DNA from: Antedon mediterranea
Taxonomy: Eukaryota; Animalia; Echinodermata
DNA: 64,000 bases
NCBI RefSeq assembly: GCF_964355755.1
Contig: NC_092673.1
Location: forward strand, 31,493,648 to 31,557,647
Reading direction: 5' to 3'
Within the stretch, counting starts at the first letter, position 1; every line of letters starts with the position of its first letter. Made by a program: the position numbers and the translations under genes. Positions 27,542-39,500 of this stretch are shown one piece after another. Below the pieces are notes generated by a model that saw only the letters and a program-made list of their open reading frames with translations, was not told the origin of the DNA and did not search any database.

Positions 27542-30500
27542 TCACATGTCACATGACATTGCTTCGTGTATCCTTGACCTCAAGCCTGACATCGTTATAA
27601 GTAGTGCTTCCTAAAAAATGTAATTTAGATGTTTTTAGTGAAAATATGTCTAAAATATCCACAATTTTCAAACACTAATACAATGGAATGGGCTAATATC
27701 CTACAATAGGATAATACCGTAGGATAGCCTTACAGTATTTCCTACGGTAGGGTAATATCCTAGGATGGGCTTATACCCTACGGTGGGATAATACCGTAGG
27801 ATAGGCTTATTTCCTACGAGTTAATACCTTAGGACGGGTTTATCCCCTATGGTGGGCTAATATCGTATGGCAGGCTTATACCTAATAACCAGCTAATGCC
27901 ATAATACGTACCTCTGTTCGAATAGTTCTACTACCCTGGTTTGGACAAGTATTCAGGTAGTGGTCAAAGAGGTGGCTTGGGTCATCTGTATGCAGGTCAG
28001 GGTCAACATCAAGGGCAGATTCTAAACCCTTCAGTCCTCCAAACACAACTAGTAAATGACTGGAACAAAAAGAAAATAATTTAGACATTCATTTAAAATT
28101 GAACATTCACTTTACAGATAAATACATTTAACAGTTACAGGTTATGGTTCAACTTATAAATATTCAGTTTAATTCTAACTATTTACATATTAATTTACAT
28201 AATAATAATAAAAATATAATAAAAACTTTGGAAAATATTCAATTTCTTACTTAAATTTTGGCATTTGAAACTGATCTATACTCGTTCCCTTTTCTGATGT
28301 TCCTATGCAGATGTCATAGCCATCTGGATAAGGGCTTTGTGAAAATATGGCACCCAAGCTGGGCGCTAGCCTCACAGAATACCCCCAATAAAGACCAGCC
28401 TCTGACCTTGGCGATGATGGAGACACAACCTTACCAGAATAATACTTCAACTCTTTGAGATAAAAAAAAATGTGTTATTACCAGTATTATAAGTATTATG
28501 AAATTTTCAAAAGTACTATACACGTAGTGTAGTTAAACTTGGGTTATGGAAAAAGCCTACATTAACTTGGCAACTACCTCAACAGGAAATTTACGAAACA
28601 GGACGGTTAGGGGAGGACGACGAATATCCTGATGTTCGCTAGAGCTTAAAATCGTAAACAGTCGACTTGGTTGAATTGTCATTAGGATGTAACGGAAGGA
28701 CGTAAGAGCAATGCAAGTAATTTTACCAATCACAAGCGTTGGACTATTCCAACTGTCGCTTGTCATTGGTCAACTCACTTGCATTGTGCTTAAGTCCTTG
28801 TGTTACGTCAAAGCTTTACCTGCAGAAGGTGACGGGTTTGTAGGTAAGCTATTTTTGTAAGATTTTAAGCAACCGCCTACAGTTTGGAGCCATTGCACCA
28901 TTTACAATTTATTTATGTTTGATTATATTATGTGTTTTAACCATTAACTTTAAAATAAAAACCAATGTATTGGGTTAACTGCAATACTAACTGTCATTAG
29001 GTTCATCTTGTTTTAATTTTACTGTCACTCGAATACCGGCACTTAATTGTTTATCAACCCTAGCCTCCTGAAAATACAATAATAATCATAGCATAAATTT
29101 TCTAACTTACTAATATTCTTTTTAAAATAAAAACATTGAAAAATTTTATTAAACGTAGACACTATACTTTTAACCAAACAACAACAGATTGAAACAAAAT
29201 TTATAAACAATTAATTTTACCTTCAACATGCCAATGTTTACATATGAACTAGGATTATCCTTAGAAACAGGACGATTTACAACAACGCCCTCACGGTATT
29301 TACACCATTCTTGCATTCGTAAATGATGTGGACAGTCTAGCGGGTTCAACAGGCCTAAAAGAGAAATATAAAAAGTATAAAGCAAAAACAATGTCAGTAA
29401 CAACAATGATGAAAAAGATTAATTATCATTTTGTAAGAGCAAATGAAAATAAGACAAAAGTACCTGCATACTGAAGATCCACGTGTTTAGGGAAAAAACT
29501 CTTTCGCAGATATCTAAGTAAAACATAAACAAATTTTGTTTAAATAATTATATAATAATGGTAGCATTCACCAATCAGTGTATATTATGCTATGGTTTAT
29601 TGAGTTTGTCTCCTCCACTTTTTACTCGAGGTACCCGAGTCTAGGACTCTCTCATCTTCTCCTCTTCCATCCGACACTATTGAGTAAAGAGTGCAATTTA
29701 CAAAGTACTACTCCTCCCTTATTCGTTGTAGTATTGAGCTGGGATTTGGCATGAATACTGTACTACAGGGACATGTCCTCAAAGCTATAGAGCCGGATTT
29801 TAAAATTTCAAACCGGATGCAGCCATATGACGTCTCGAAGATGGTACCGTGTAGCCGTATAAACTATTTGGTAGCGAGGTCATTGATGTGTATGTGACGT
29901 CACATCCCGTCTTATGACGTCATTACAGCTTCTTTTGCTGTACCCCGAGTATCGCACATTCGTGCTTGTTTTTTTTTTTATTGAGTAAAGTCAAGAGTAT
30001 TATGATCACAACAAGTGCATCAAAAAGAAGAACTCTAGTACGGAAAGAAAAATCGCTCCCAAGTCAAGTTACACCAAGGAAATATAACAACAGGATGCTG
30101 AACTCTGGAGATCAAAGAGTTTATGCTGTGGCTGCGACATGGTCAGTTCCACGCCCTTTAACAGAAACGGCGCATCATGGAGAATATGTACATTGTACAG
30201 TACTGTGGGTATTTGTTGCAGCCAGACATAGGATCAAAGGACTGTTATGAGTGAGCTCAGTGTCTTCTTGTTAGATTGCCTGGTTACACCAAGTTCTTTG
30301 TATTTGTTAGTTGTACTTACTGGGGACATTCTAAATATTGTAAGATTCTTGCTAATTGAATGTTTGGATTTCCTTTACTTGTAATTCCTTTAAATGACTC
30401 TTTATCACTAAAAAATTAAAAAAAAACAGTAAACCAAATTCTCTATATATAATTTATTTATGCATCATGTGTTTAATGTATTTTACTTAAATTACATAAC

Positions 30501-32313
30501 CACATACTTCAGGCTTTGACCACTTTCATCAAAAACAATAACTTCATCTACGTTAAAAACCACCATGGCTCGAGCAATCTATAAAAGAAAACAAATATAT
30601 AATAAAATCATTCTATGAATAGATTCTGTTCTACAGTATGTCTCTCAGAATTCAATTTAAAAAACATATTGTAAATGTTACTACAGTACAGTAATCCTGT
30701 ATATAATGAGGCTGTAGCCAAGACAGTCAATAACTTACCTGTCCAGCTAAGTATGTTCTCAGCTCAGGAGACTGAGCATTAGCAAGAATAGATCCTGGAA
30801 CAGCAATACTCACAGTGTAATTGTCATCTGTAACAAATGATAAAGTACAATCACAGAATGTATGCGATGAGAGTTCTCTAGTTAAACACAGGTTCATCAG
30901 AGCATAAGGGGCCCAGAGCATGAGCATACCTCAATGTAACTACCCAGCGTTGGAGGTCCATTTAGGAATGCTAAACCAGGGGCATTTCCCCCTTACGTTA
31001 CGCCACTGGATTAATGGTAAACTATGCTGTGTAAGTATTATCACAAGGAGATATTACTGAAAGATAATAACATGTTAACATGCCATATAATAAAGTAACA
31101 GAACTTAAAATATCTATATACTTGTTTTAATTTGTTCTTTTACTTCTTCTTCAGAAACTTTCCTTTCTGCTTCTTGGTCACGTTTTATCTTCTTTGCAAG
31201 TTTTTCTTCTAAACGTTTCTTTTTCAGTAGTTTTTCTAGAAATTAATACCGATTGTTTAACAGTTTCCACGGTGAATATTAAACACTAGTAAATTACGTT
31301 TGAATTATCCACCATATGTTTCCAAAAGGAAATGAAGCATGGTTAAAAATAAGCCTGGTTTAACTTGCTCCACACCCTGATTTTGTAATGACCAATAACC
31401 GACTTTGCTACTTTATATTTGCCTAGCTTGGCATTCTCCAAAATGTCAGGTCATTTCCAATTAATGTATACATCAACAAAATAATGTTAAGACCAAAGAT
31501 TATATAATGCAGCTACGTGGTGCAAGATAGATAACTGCGAGAGATATCGCAATCCCATGGTTGCCATTCCGGCGGACAAATTTGGACTGGAATGTGTCGT
31601 TGTCAAGGCAATATCGTACGGAGTTGTCTAACCAAGCAAGTCAATGTAAACACACAGAACTAATCAGAAAGTGTCCAGATTCGAAAGAAACTTTTATTTT
31701 ACATTTTTTTACATAATTTCTTCCCCTTTCCATGAACCAACCCTCGAGATGGTTAACCACAGGAACTTTGAGGCATACCGCAAAATTTAAACCATTTAGA
31801 TTTTAAATCGAAATAGAAGGTGCTACAACCTATGGTCATCAGGGTATTTTGTCCGCCCGATTGGTGTCATGGAATTACAGGGCGCGTAGTGTTATAAGAT
31901 AGAAGCTTGACAACAGTTCTATCTTGCGCCGCTACAATCTTTGGTTGAGACCAACAAAAATTAAAATTTTTGAAATTATCGAACCCCTACCGCAATTTCT
32001 TCAAATGTGATCATATAAAATATTGTATTACTGTTCCTTTTATTATTTCTTTATCTAGCATGACTTACTTTTTCGTTTTATCTCTGTCCATTCTTTACCC
32101 TGTAAATTAATACAAAATAATAAAAAAATAGAGTAAATGTTCATGAAAACTGATCCCAGAACTTGTTATGGTTCTAGGGTGTCTGAGAAACTATCAGCTA
32201 AAAATCAAGTTAGAATAACTGTACAATATATTATTAGTAACATATATTTTTAATAATAAAACAATACTTAAAATGTATATTATACATACAGTTAATTTTG
32301 TCTTCTTTTCCAT
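27542..32313 (-). CDS. SPOUT1: SPOUT-domain methyltransferase (C9orf114/CENP-32), complete
   Basis: 12 phase-consistent coding exons: 32290-32313, 32069-32099, 31122-31235, 30739-30827 (YTVSIAVPGSILANAQSPELRTYLAGQ), 30508-30578 (IARAMVVFNVDEVIVFDE), 30321-30407 (LARILQYLECP), 29464-29513, 29221-29354 (GLLNPLDCPHH, YREGVV), 28992-29067, 28251-28452 (GLYWGYSVR, IGTSEKG), 27912-28059 (LNTCPNQGSRTIRTE), 27542-27610 with TGA. Confidence 0.94.
27688..27885. repeat. Degenerate short-unit tandem repeat in the last SPOUT1 intron
   Basis: GGATAATACCGTAGGATAGGCTTAT-like units. Confidence 0.65.
30074..30286. mobile_element. Interspersed TIR repeat (copy of 3210-3426)
   Basis: Shared GAGATCAAAG...GCAGCCAGACATA...GTGAGCTCAGTGTC...TTAGATTGCC. 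Confidence 0.65.
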
Positions 32314-33081
32314 TTTGCAACGTGGATTTTAACACTTCTGTATCAACACAAAAAAGGGGTTGATTGTTTTATTTTCCATAGATGATGAATGGAAGCAATT
32401 TTCTAACCAGGTAGATGACCCAATTTACAATGTAATTAATTTCTTTTTTTTTGGCCATAAAATCAACTTTATTCATAAAATCAACTTTGTGTATTTTGAA
32501 TGGCATACGCTGCTTCTTAACTTTGATCTTATTCCGACACCCAATCAATGAACACTGCCTTACTAAAAATACTAAGCTATGAAGAGTAAAGCAGCCTTAA
32601 TTCCACCATGGTATGTAAAAATCTATATATATTACTACTAATAATAATATCGATAGTTAGTATTATTTATTAGCGATATTTCCTACAAAATAGTAAAAAT
32701 TAATCTTATCAACCAACATCTTTTGTGACAAAAATAAAATGCGACCAATTTCATTTGTTATCTGAACCTGCCGTCCTCTAAATTTATTTTAAGGAGTCAA
32801 ATATATATATATGACCTGATCTAGCTGGTAGGCCTAGCCTACAAACTTGGCCTAGCCTAGCTTAGCTAGGCTTACTTGACTAGCTAGGCAAGCCTCTCTC
32901 ACTACTACTAGCGCAAGTGACTTGCCAAGTCCGAACTTGCTAGTTATTAGTGGTAGGCCTAGTCTATACAGTGTACGCCCGTAGGCGTACTATATTATTA
33001 CACAATTAGTTATAAATATAGTAGACCCTCTACTAGGTATCGCCTAGGCCTACTAGTAAGGGTTATATAGCTAAAATGCAC

Positions 33082-33190
33082 CTGTGATTCGGCACGTTCT
33101 TATTGTGTATACAAACTTCACACACATGTGTTGTGTTGGTTGTGTTGTGTCCCTCGTTCGAGTTTTGCTCCCTCAGTCAAAACATGATTG
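33082..33190 (-). promoter_or_regulatory. Probable SPOUT1 first (UTR) exon and promoter
   Basis: Donor CAG|GTGCAT at about 33082; the next exon (32290-32337) has an acceptor upstream of its ATG. Confidence 0.4.
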
Positions 33191-34022
33191 AGCCCTCAAT
33201 CGTTCATTATTTATTAGTCTAAAAAATAATGAATGTTTGTATGTGTTGAATAGTGAGACTATTTCATTCGTTGACAGATTTACTGCTCTATTTAACTTGG
33301 CTCTGCCTCGAACTCAAGATATATTCAACTCAAATATATATTTACTATGTGATGCAACATAACAAGAGAGGAGTACTTATGCTGTGAATAGTATACGCCC
33401 ATCTTATGTTGCCACTTGCACAATGGTGTCTTAAGAAAAGAAACTGTGCACCTCCGCCTACTGTAAAGTTCTCCGGAATATATATATATATATATATATC
33501 TACCTTTTATTTCTGTCTCTTAATGCTGTGTGTAATTAGGCTAATTTCACTACAACCATGTGTATGCGAATTTGGTGTAAGGGTTTGTAACCAAATCAAC
33601 TAGTTTCAGTTGACTAACAATAACAAACACCCAAACAAACAAACAAGCGGGTGAAGTTGAAAAGAAATATAAAAAAACCTGTACATTGAATCAAATTATG
33701 TTTTAAAATTACAAATCACAAATTATAACTCTTGCCTCTTATGCAAAAATGAAGTTTTTGGACAAGTATTTCTCGAGAATGCAATTTCAGTTTACTTGTT
33801 ACTTTAAGAATGCTCGCCGGCTTGTCTCCTATCTTTTAACACTAGCAGGTCTACAAAGAATAGTAAAAGTGTTCCAGAATTGGGATTCTGGTACGGTCCG
33901 GATTGCCTCCAAAATGTGCCACATCTGTCTCTGGTTTCAATTTGGTAAAGATCTTGCAGGAGTCTTTTTGAGTAATCTTGCTAACAAAGAAACTCACGCG
34001 ATCGACTACATTATACCTTCTT

Positions 34023-34229
34023 GGCGGATGTAAAAAATCTGCATCTCCTAAGTATGCAAATTCTAAAAAAACAATGAATCAGAGTAAAGACGTAAATGTG
34101 TAATTAAACCAAACAAAGGCCTTTACAACACCTTTGTACAGGCCCATGTTTCGTAGCCAATCAGCAAATCATGCATTCATTCATTGTTTTTTTAAATTGC
34201 ATACTTAGCAAATGCAGATTTTTACCTCC
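34023..34229. mobile_element. TIR element starting GGCGGA.GTAAAAAATCTGCAT (further termini near 34961 and 36344)
   Basis: Inverted termini of about 55 bp containing ATGCAAAT. Confidence 0.6.
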
Positions 34230-34249
34230 ACAGTAAAGAGAAACACATT

Positions 34250-34432
34250 TTATTTCCATTTGAGCATTGGATTTAAGGCAGTAGTTAAGATTAGCACTGC
34301 TTATTATACGTTTGACTCCAAGCATGGCAGTATCCAAATTCCAACTTTTACTCGCGGTTGGTCTTGTATTGTATTACGGAAAATCAGAGCAACAAGATCT
34401 AAAAAGGAGATAATGTTTGAAATCTCATAGCC
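34250..34432 (+). pseudogene. Degenerate duplicate of the pappalysin 5' UTR and start of exon 1
   Basis: Aligns to about 36500-36695, including CCAAGCATGGCAGTATC and GGAAAATCAGAGCAACAAGATCTAAAA, with deletions and CAA changed to TAA. Confidence 0.8.
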
Positions 34433-34599
34433 GATTTTTTTTTTCCAGGACGACGAACGTGGGCAGAAATCATGAATAATTCATTATCTTAATTATTTTC
34501 TATTATAAAGAATTGCAAGATACCGAAGCTGATCTACTTCCTAAAAATACTAAACCTATCACTCTAAATAATCTCTCTCAAGTATTAAAAAAACATGTT

Positions 34600-34752
34600 C
34601 TTCAAAGACCTCGAACTGAGGGCTCCGGTGTAATAGGTAAAAGCCTGTTCGTACACAAGTTGGGACCCCATGTGAAAGATAGCCGATAGCTCATGGGAGT
34701 CGAACCCCATACATCGACATGTAAAGTCCATAGCCTAATCCACTCGACTAAG
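34600..34752 (-). mobile_element. tRNA-derived SINE
   Basis: A box TAGTCGAGTGG, B box GGTTCGACTCC; related copy at 55103-55280 on the plus strand. Confidence 0.65.
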
Positions 34753-34980
34753 TCAAACGTATAATAAGCAGTGCTAATCTTAACTACTGCCTTAAATTCA
34801 ATGCTCATGGACCAATGAGTTGCTGATTGGATGCGGAAAATGGGCCTGTACCAAGGTGTTGTAAAAGGTGTTGGTTCAAATACACCTTTAGCCTTCTTTT
34901 GTTCTGATTCATTGTTTTTTTAAATTTGCATACTTAGCAGATGCAGATTTTTTACCTCCGCCAAGTACGGGGAACTGTTC

Positions 34981-36340
34981 TACGGGGCGCCGTTCGGGAC
35001 ATTACTCATTTTGTCGACAAATACAATTATGTGACACATAATTGATTCTATTCGAACAAAAACAATTCTGTGACAATAGAATTCATTCTATTTAGACAAA
35101 ATGAGATTTTGAGACGAAAAAATTCATTTTGTGTCAACAAAATTCATTTTGTGTCAACAACAAAATAATTTTGTGTCGACGAAGTCATTTTGAGCTATAT
35201 AACTGGTCCTTTATGGTGATTCATATTAATCTTGAATAAATCAAATTAATGGCTTAAAAACTATCATTCTTATTTATTTATGATGGGAAAGGTCGGGTTA
35301 CATGATAATGTATAATGCCAGTCAGAGTAGGCCTACCCTAAAAAAAACAAGGCCATATACATGGCTGCAGTCGCCTGCTTAAATTTGAGTTAGTGTTTAC
35401 CGACCGACCAACCGACCGCCCGACTAACAGAGTCGTGTTTGCACGCGACTGAAAATGTCAAAATTAATTCATCGGGTACTCAGTAGTAATTGAATGTATA
35501 TGATATACTACAGTTATATTTAGGCCTATATTATTTATGAACTGTATAGTTCAAAGTTTTATAAAATTATTTTGGGTGAAGTCATTAATCCATTATTATC
35601 TTTAATTTGTGATCTCTAATTTTCTTTAACTTTTAATATCCAAACTACATTTTATGTTACTAATTGTATATTATCTTAATTTAAAAATATATTCATTTTA
35701 TAAGATTAATAATAATATTTCAATAGATAAAATTATTAAATAGGCCTAATAACAGTTAAACAATCATTGTAAAATGTGTACTTCTCAAGTTTATAGTTTC
35801 ATTTTCCGATATTGATGAAATAACATATGAATAATTAATTATTAATGATGACGTAGATATCAAATTCGTGCTCAATTGTCAAATTATGACTACTGATTAT
35901 TTCCGATTATAAAATAGATTATTAATACTATAGTAATATAATAAATACAGCACTGCTGAAAGATGTAAACAAATGAAAAATTTGAACTTTTTCACTTCTA
36001 AGCTCCACCTTCTAATTTGCATGTCAAAGCTTTCTGTACCACGATCGAGTAGCTCGTAGTAATTTTGTCGATACAAATTTAATTTTGTCGATACAAATTG
36101 AATTTTGTCGATACAAAATGAATGTTGTCGATACAAAATGAATTTTGTCGACACAAAATGAAATTTTGTTGATACAAAATGAATTTTATTGACACAGAAT
36201 GAATTCTGTCGACACAGAATTAATTCTGTAGAATGGATTATGTCCAAATAGAATTATTTCTGTCGACACAGAATTCAATTATGTGTCACATAATTGTATT
36301 ATGTCGACAAAATGAGTAATGTCCCGAACAGCGCCACGTA
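34981..36340. mobile_element. Foldback-like element with long TIRs built from 20-21 bp GTCGACACAAAATGAATTTT units
   Basis: TACGGGGCGCCGTTCGGGACATTACTCATTTTGTCGACA at 34981 is inverted to TGTCGACAAAATGAGTAATGTCCCGAACAGCGCCACGTA ending at 36340; tandem array at 36060-36280. Confidence 0.7.
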
Positions 36341-36566
36341 CTAGGCGGAGGTAAAACATCTGCATCTGCTAAGTATGCAAATTTTAAAAAACAATGAATC
36401 AGAGTAAAGGCGTAAAGGTGTAATTGAACTAAACAAAGGCTTTTACAACACCTTGGTACATGAGGCCCATTTTTTCGCAGCCAATCAGCAACTCATTGGT
36501 CCATGAGCATTGAATTTAAGGCAGAAGTTAAGATTAGCACTGCTTATTATACGTTTGACTCCAAGC

Positions 36567-39500
36567 ATGGCAGTATCTAATTTCCAGTATTTACTTTTAT
36601 TCGCGGTTGGTCTTGTATTGACCGTTGGACGTGCTTACGGAAAATCAGAGCAACAAGATCTAAAAGGGAGACAATGTTTGACATCTCATGGCCGTTCTAA
36701 GCGGGATGACCATGCTCAGTTTCCCAGACACATACAATATTCTGACCCTGTTGACCTCACGGATTACGCTGCTTATTTTGCAGAGACTTCTGGTGTTCTT
36801 CGTTTGACAAATATTGAAGTTGTTCCAAGAAGAAAATTTTCTGTTGCATTTTGGATGAAGCTTGAAGGAGGGCAAGCTGGAAAAACTGGTGTTATAGGTA
36901 AGATATTTATTTGTTATGTAAAGTGTATGAGTAGTTGTTGTCTAACCGCGCATTTGTTTATAAACAACACATTATTAAAATTACATTATATTTTGGTAGA
37001 TTAATTCATAGTTTTGGGCATATAATTCATATAATCATGTGAAATATTTGTTAAGTTACATATATTATTATAATAATTAATTAAATAAATTATTAATAAG
37101 TTGCTTAAACAAAGGTGCAGAAATCTGAGAATGTAACGCATCGAATAAACATTTTTTTTATTTAGTAGTATCATATTATTTATATAATTTAAATAATAGT
37201 GTTTCCCCAAACTCGTATACCCTAAATTAATAGCAATAAAACAAGAGTAAGTACTCTAAAAGAAACAAAATAATAGTCCTGTTATTGTATTTTAATACTT
37301 ATCCAATATTACTCCAAAAAACTCCTTAATGAAGTTTTTTTTCTTTTATGCGTCTCTCCCATCTTTATCATTCCTTAATGTCTGCATATATTTTGGTTTA
37401 CAATAATTCATTTATTATATAATATAATAAAATAACATTATAGATCAAGTTAAGGCAGCACACAAACAAATTTTTTTTTCATAGTACTATATAGTGATCG
37501 ATAAATTGTGAATTACATTGAATTGTTTTAAAATTGTAGGTCTTAGAGACAAATGCGAAGGATTATTAAAATCGAGTGACTGGGGGATTGGCGTCACAAC
37601 CGGCAGAAAAAAACAAGATGCTCATCTGTATTTCCAGCTTAAGGATGACCGCTTCGCATCAGCTCCATTCCGCTACCACGTCCACCGATGGTACCACATC
37701 GCCGCTACTTACAATGAATCAACTATAAAGCTGTACATTAACGGTGCTATGGTGTCTTCGAAAACTGGAAAAAAACGCCCTATCTTTAAAGAATTCAAAC
37801 GACAGTGTAAAGAGCTTGAATTTGGTGGCTTGTTTGAACTTGGTGTCCAGTTTAGAGGTGCTGTGGATGACATGCGTTTATGGTCCAGAGCGTTGTCGCA
37901 TCGTCAGGTTGCGCAGTTGTATAATAACGAATCACATGTGTTTGAAAACATCTTCAGAAACCTTGTTTTCTGGGATCCGTTTGATAATTTTACGAGATGG
38001 TCAAGTAAAGATGGTGAATTTCCAGAACTTATTCCATCGGATCTCTTCAGCAAGAAGCATGACTTAAGTTTGGTAACTCCAAAATGTGGTATTACTGTAT
38101 GCGATAGCCCAATTGTAATGAGGTCGTACATAGACCAGACTTCTCTACGTCGTCCAAAACTAGTACGCTATCGTTTGATCAACATAGCAAACGACGATGG
38201 TTCAAATCCAATGTTGTCACAAGAACAAATTGAGGGGCAGCATAACGAACTCAACAAAGCAATTAATAGTTACAACATAACCTTTCTCAGACACGATCAT
38301 ATGGTAAAAAACACTACTTTAAGGAGCAGAAAAATTATTCCGAATTGCGTGTCTAAAGATGTTGGAAATGGCAAATGTGATTTGCAATGTAGTCCAGAGT
38401 ATACTGGCAATGATGGTGGTGATTGCGATGTTCGTAATTCCAGATGTCCATCATCTCTTATTGGTAATAAGAAGTGTGACGCGGACTGTAACAAAGCGTA
38501 CCATGATTGGGATAAAGGAGATTGTTGTGATCCTGACGTCACAGACACTTCTGAAACTTGCTTTGATCCATCTTCACTATACTGGTAAGTGTATCTACAA
38601 GGTTTTGTTTTTATAAATGTGATTTTGTCCATGTATAACTTGCCCTGAGCTCAATTTGTTAGAAAACTACTACTTACTTACTGTTTTAAATTAAGGCCTA
38701 ATGTTGCACTGTATTTTCAGTATGTTTATTGGAGAAATGGAATTTAAGACCGTCATTGGATTGGAATCTGTTGAATACTTAAACGTCTACGTTGGTGCCT
38801 ACTTTGAAAAATCATTCTTGGGCGTAGCTACAATGCCATGGGATGTTAACGTTTATGGTACTCAAGGTAAGATTGTTTTCGGCAACCAAATTTGTTTCAA
38901 TTGCGTTACTTCAAAGAATAGGCCTACAGGTAATTTGAAAGAAGGGTTATAAAGTAGGTCCTCACCGTATAACATTCGTCACTATTTATAATTAGGTTTA
39001 TCTGGACAACAATAAACCTTAAATTAAAGCATGGAGAAATAAGTTAGGATTAAAGAAACTAACTTCCTGTCTTTATTTTATCTAAATTGTGTCATTTCAT
39101 CTATTAGGTGGTATTATAGTACATGCCGACGCATATGGTGCACAAGACTTAATGGACACGCTTATTCACGAGGTTGGACACAGCCTAGGTTTATGGCATG
39201 TCTTCCATGGTGTCACAGAGATGGTTTGCGAGGATGAATGTTTTGAAAATGAACCCAGCCTAGAAATTGGTGATCTAATAGCCGATACCAACCCAACACC
39301 TTCGAATAGATATTGTCGGGATCCGTTACCGAAAGAGTCTGATGGGCATTGTGGTTTAGGTCACTTTTATGACACACCGTTTACGAATTACATGAGCTAC
39401 GCAAGTAAGTAAAGCAAAACAAATTTGTTAACACAATGTTTTAATAACCAAACTAATTTATTTTAGCTACAACCAGATACATTACCTTACGGGAAATGTA

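Noticed and set aside
32381-32460. C/D snoRNA candidate (ATGATGA)
   Set aside because: Antisense to the host gene, with no D box or terminal stem.
34680-34752. tRNA gene
   Set aside because: A and B boxes are present but no clean cloverleaf, and a second diverged copy shares the downstream body, so it is a SINE head.
35897-36247. 116-aa ORF with FVSTKF repeats; CRISPR-like periodicity
   Set aside because: Tandem 20-21 bp units of a foldback TIR with no unique spacers; eukaryotic context and no cas genes.
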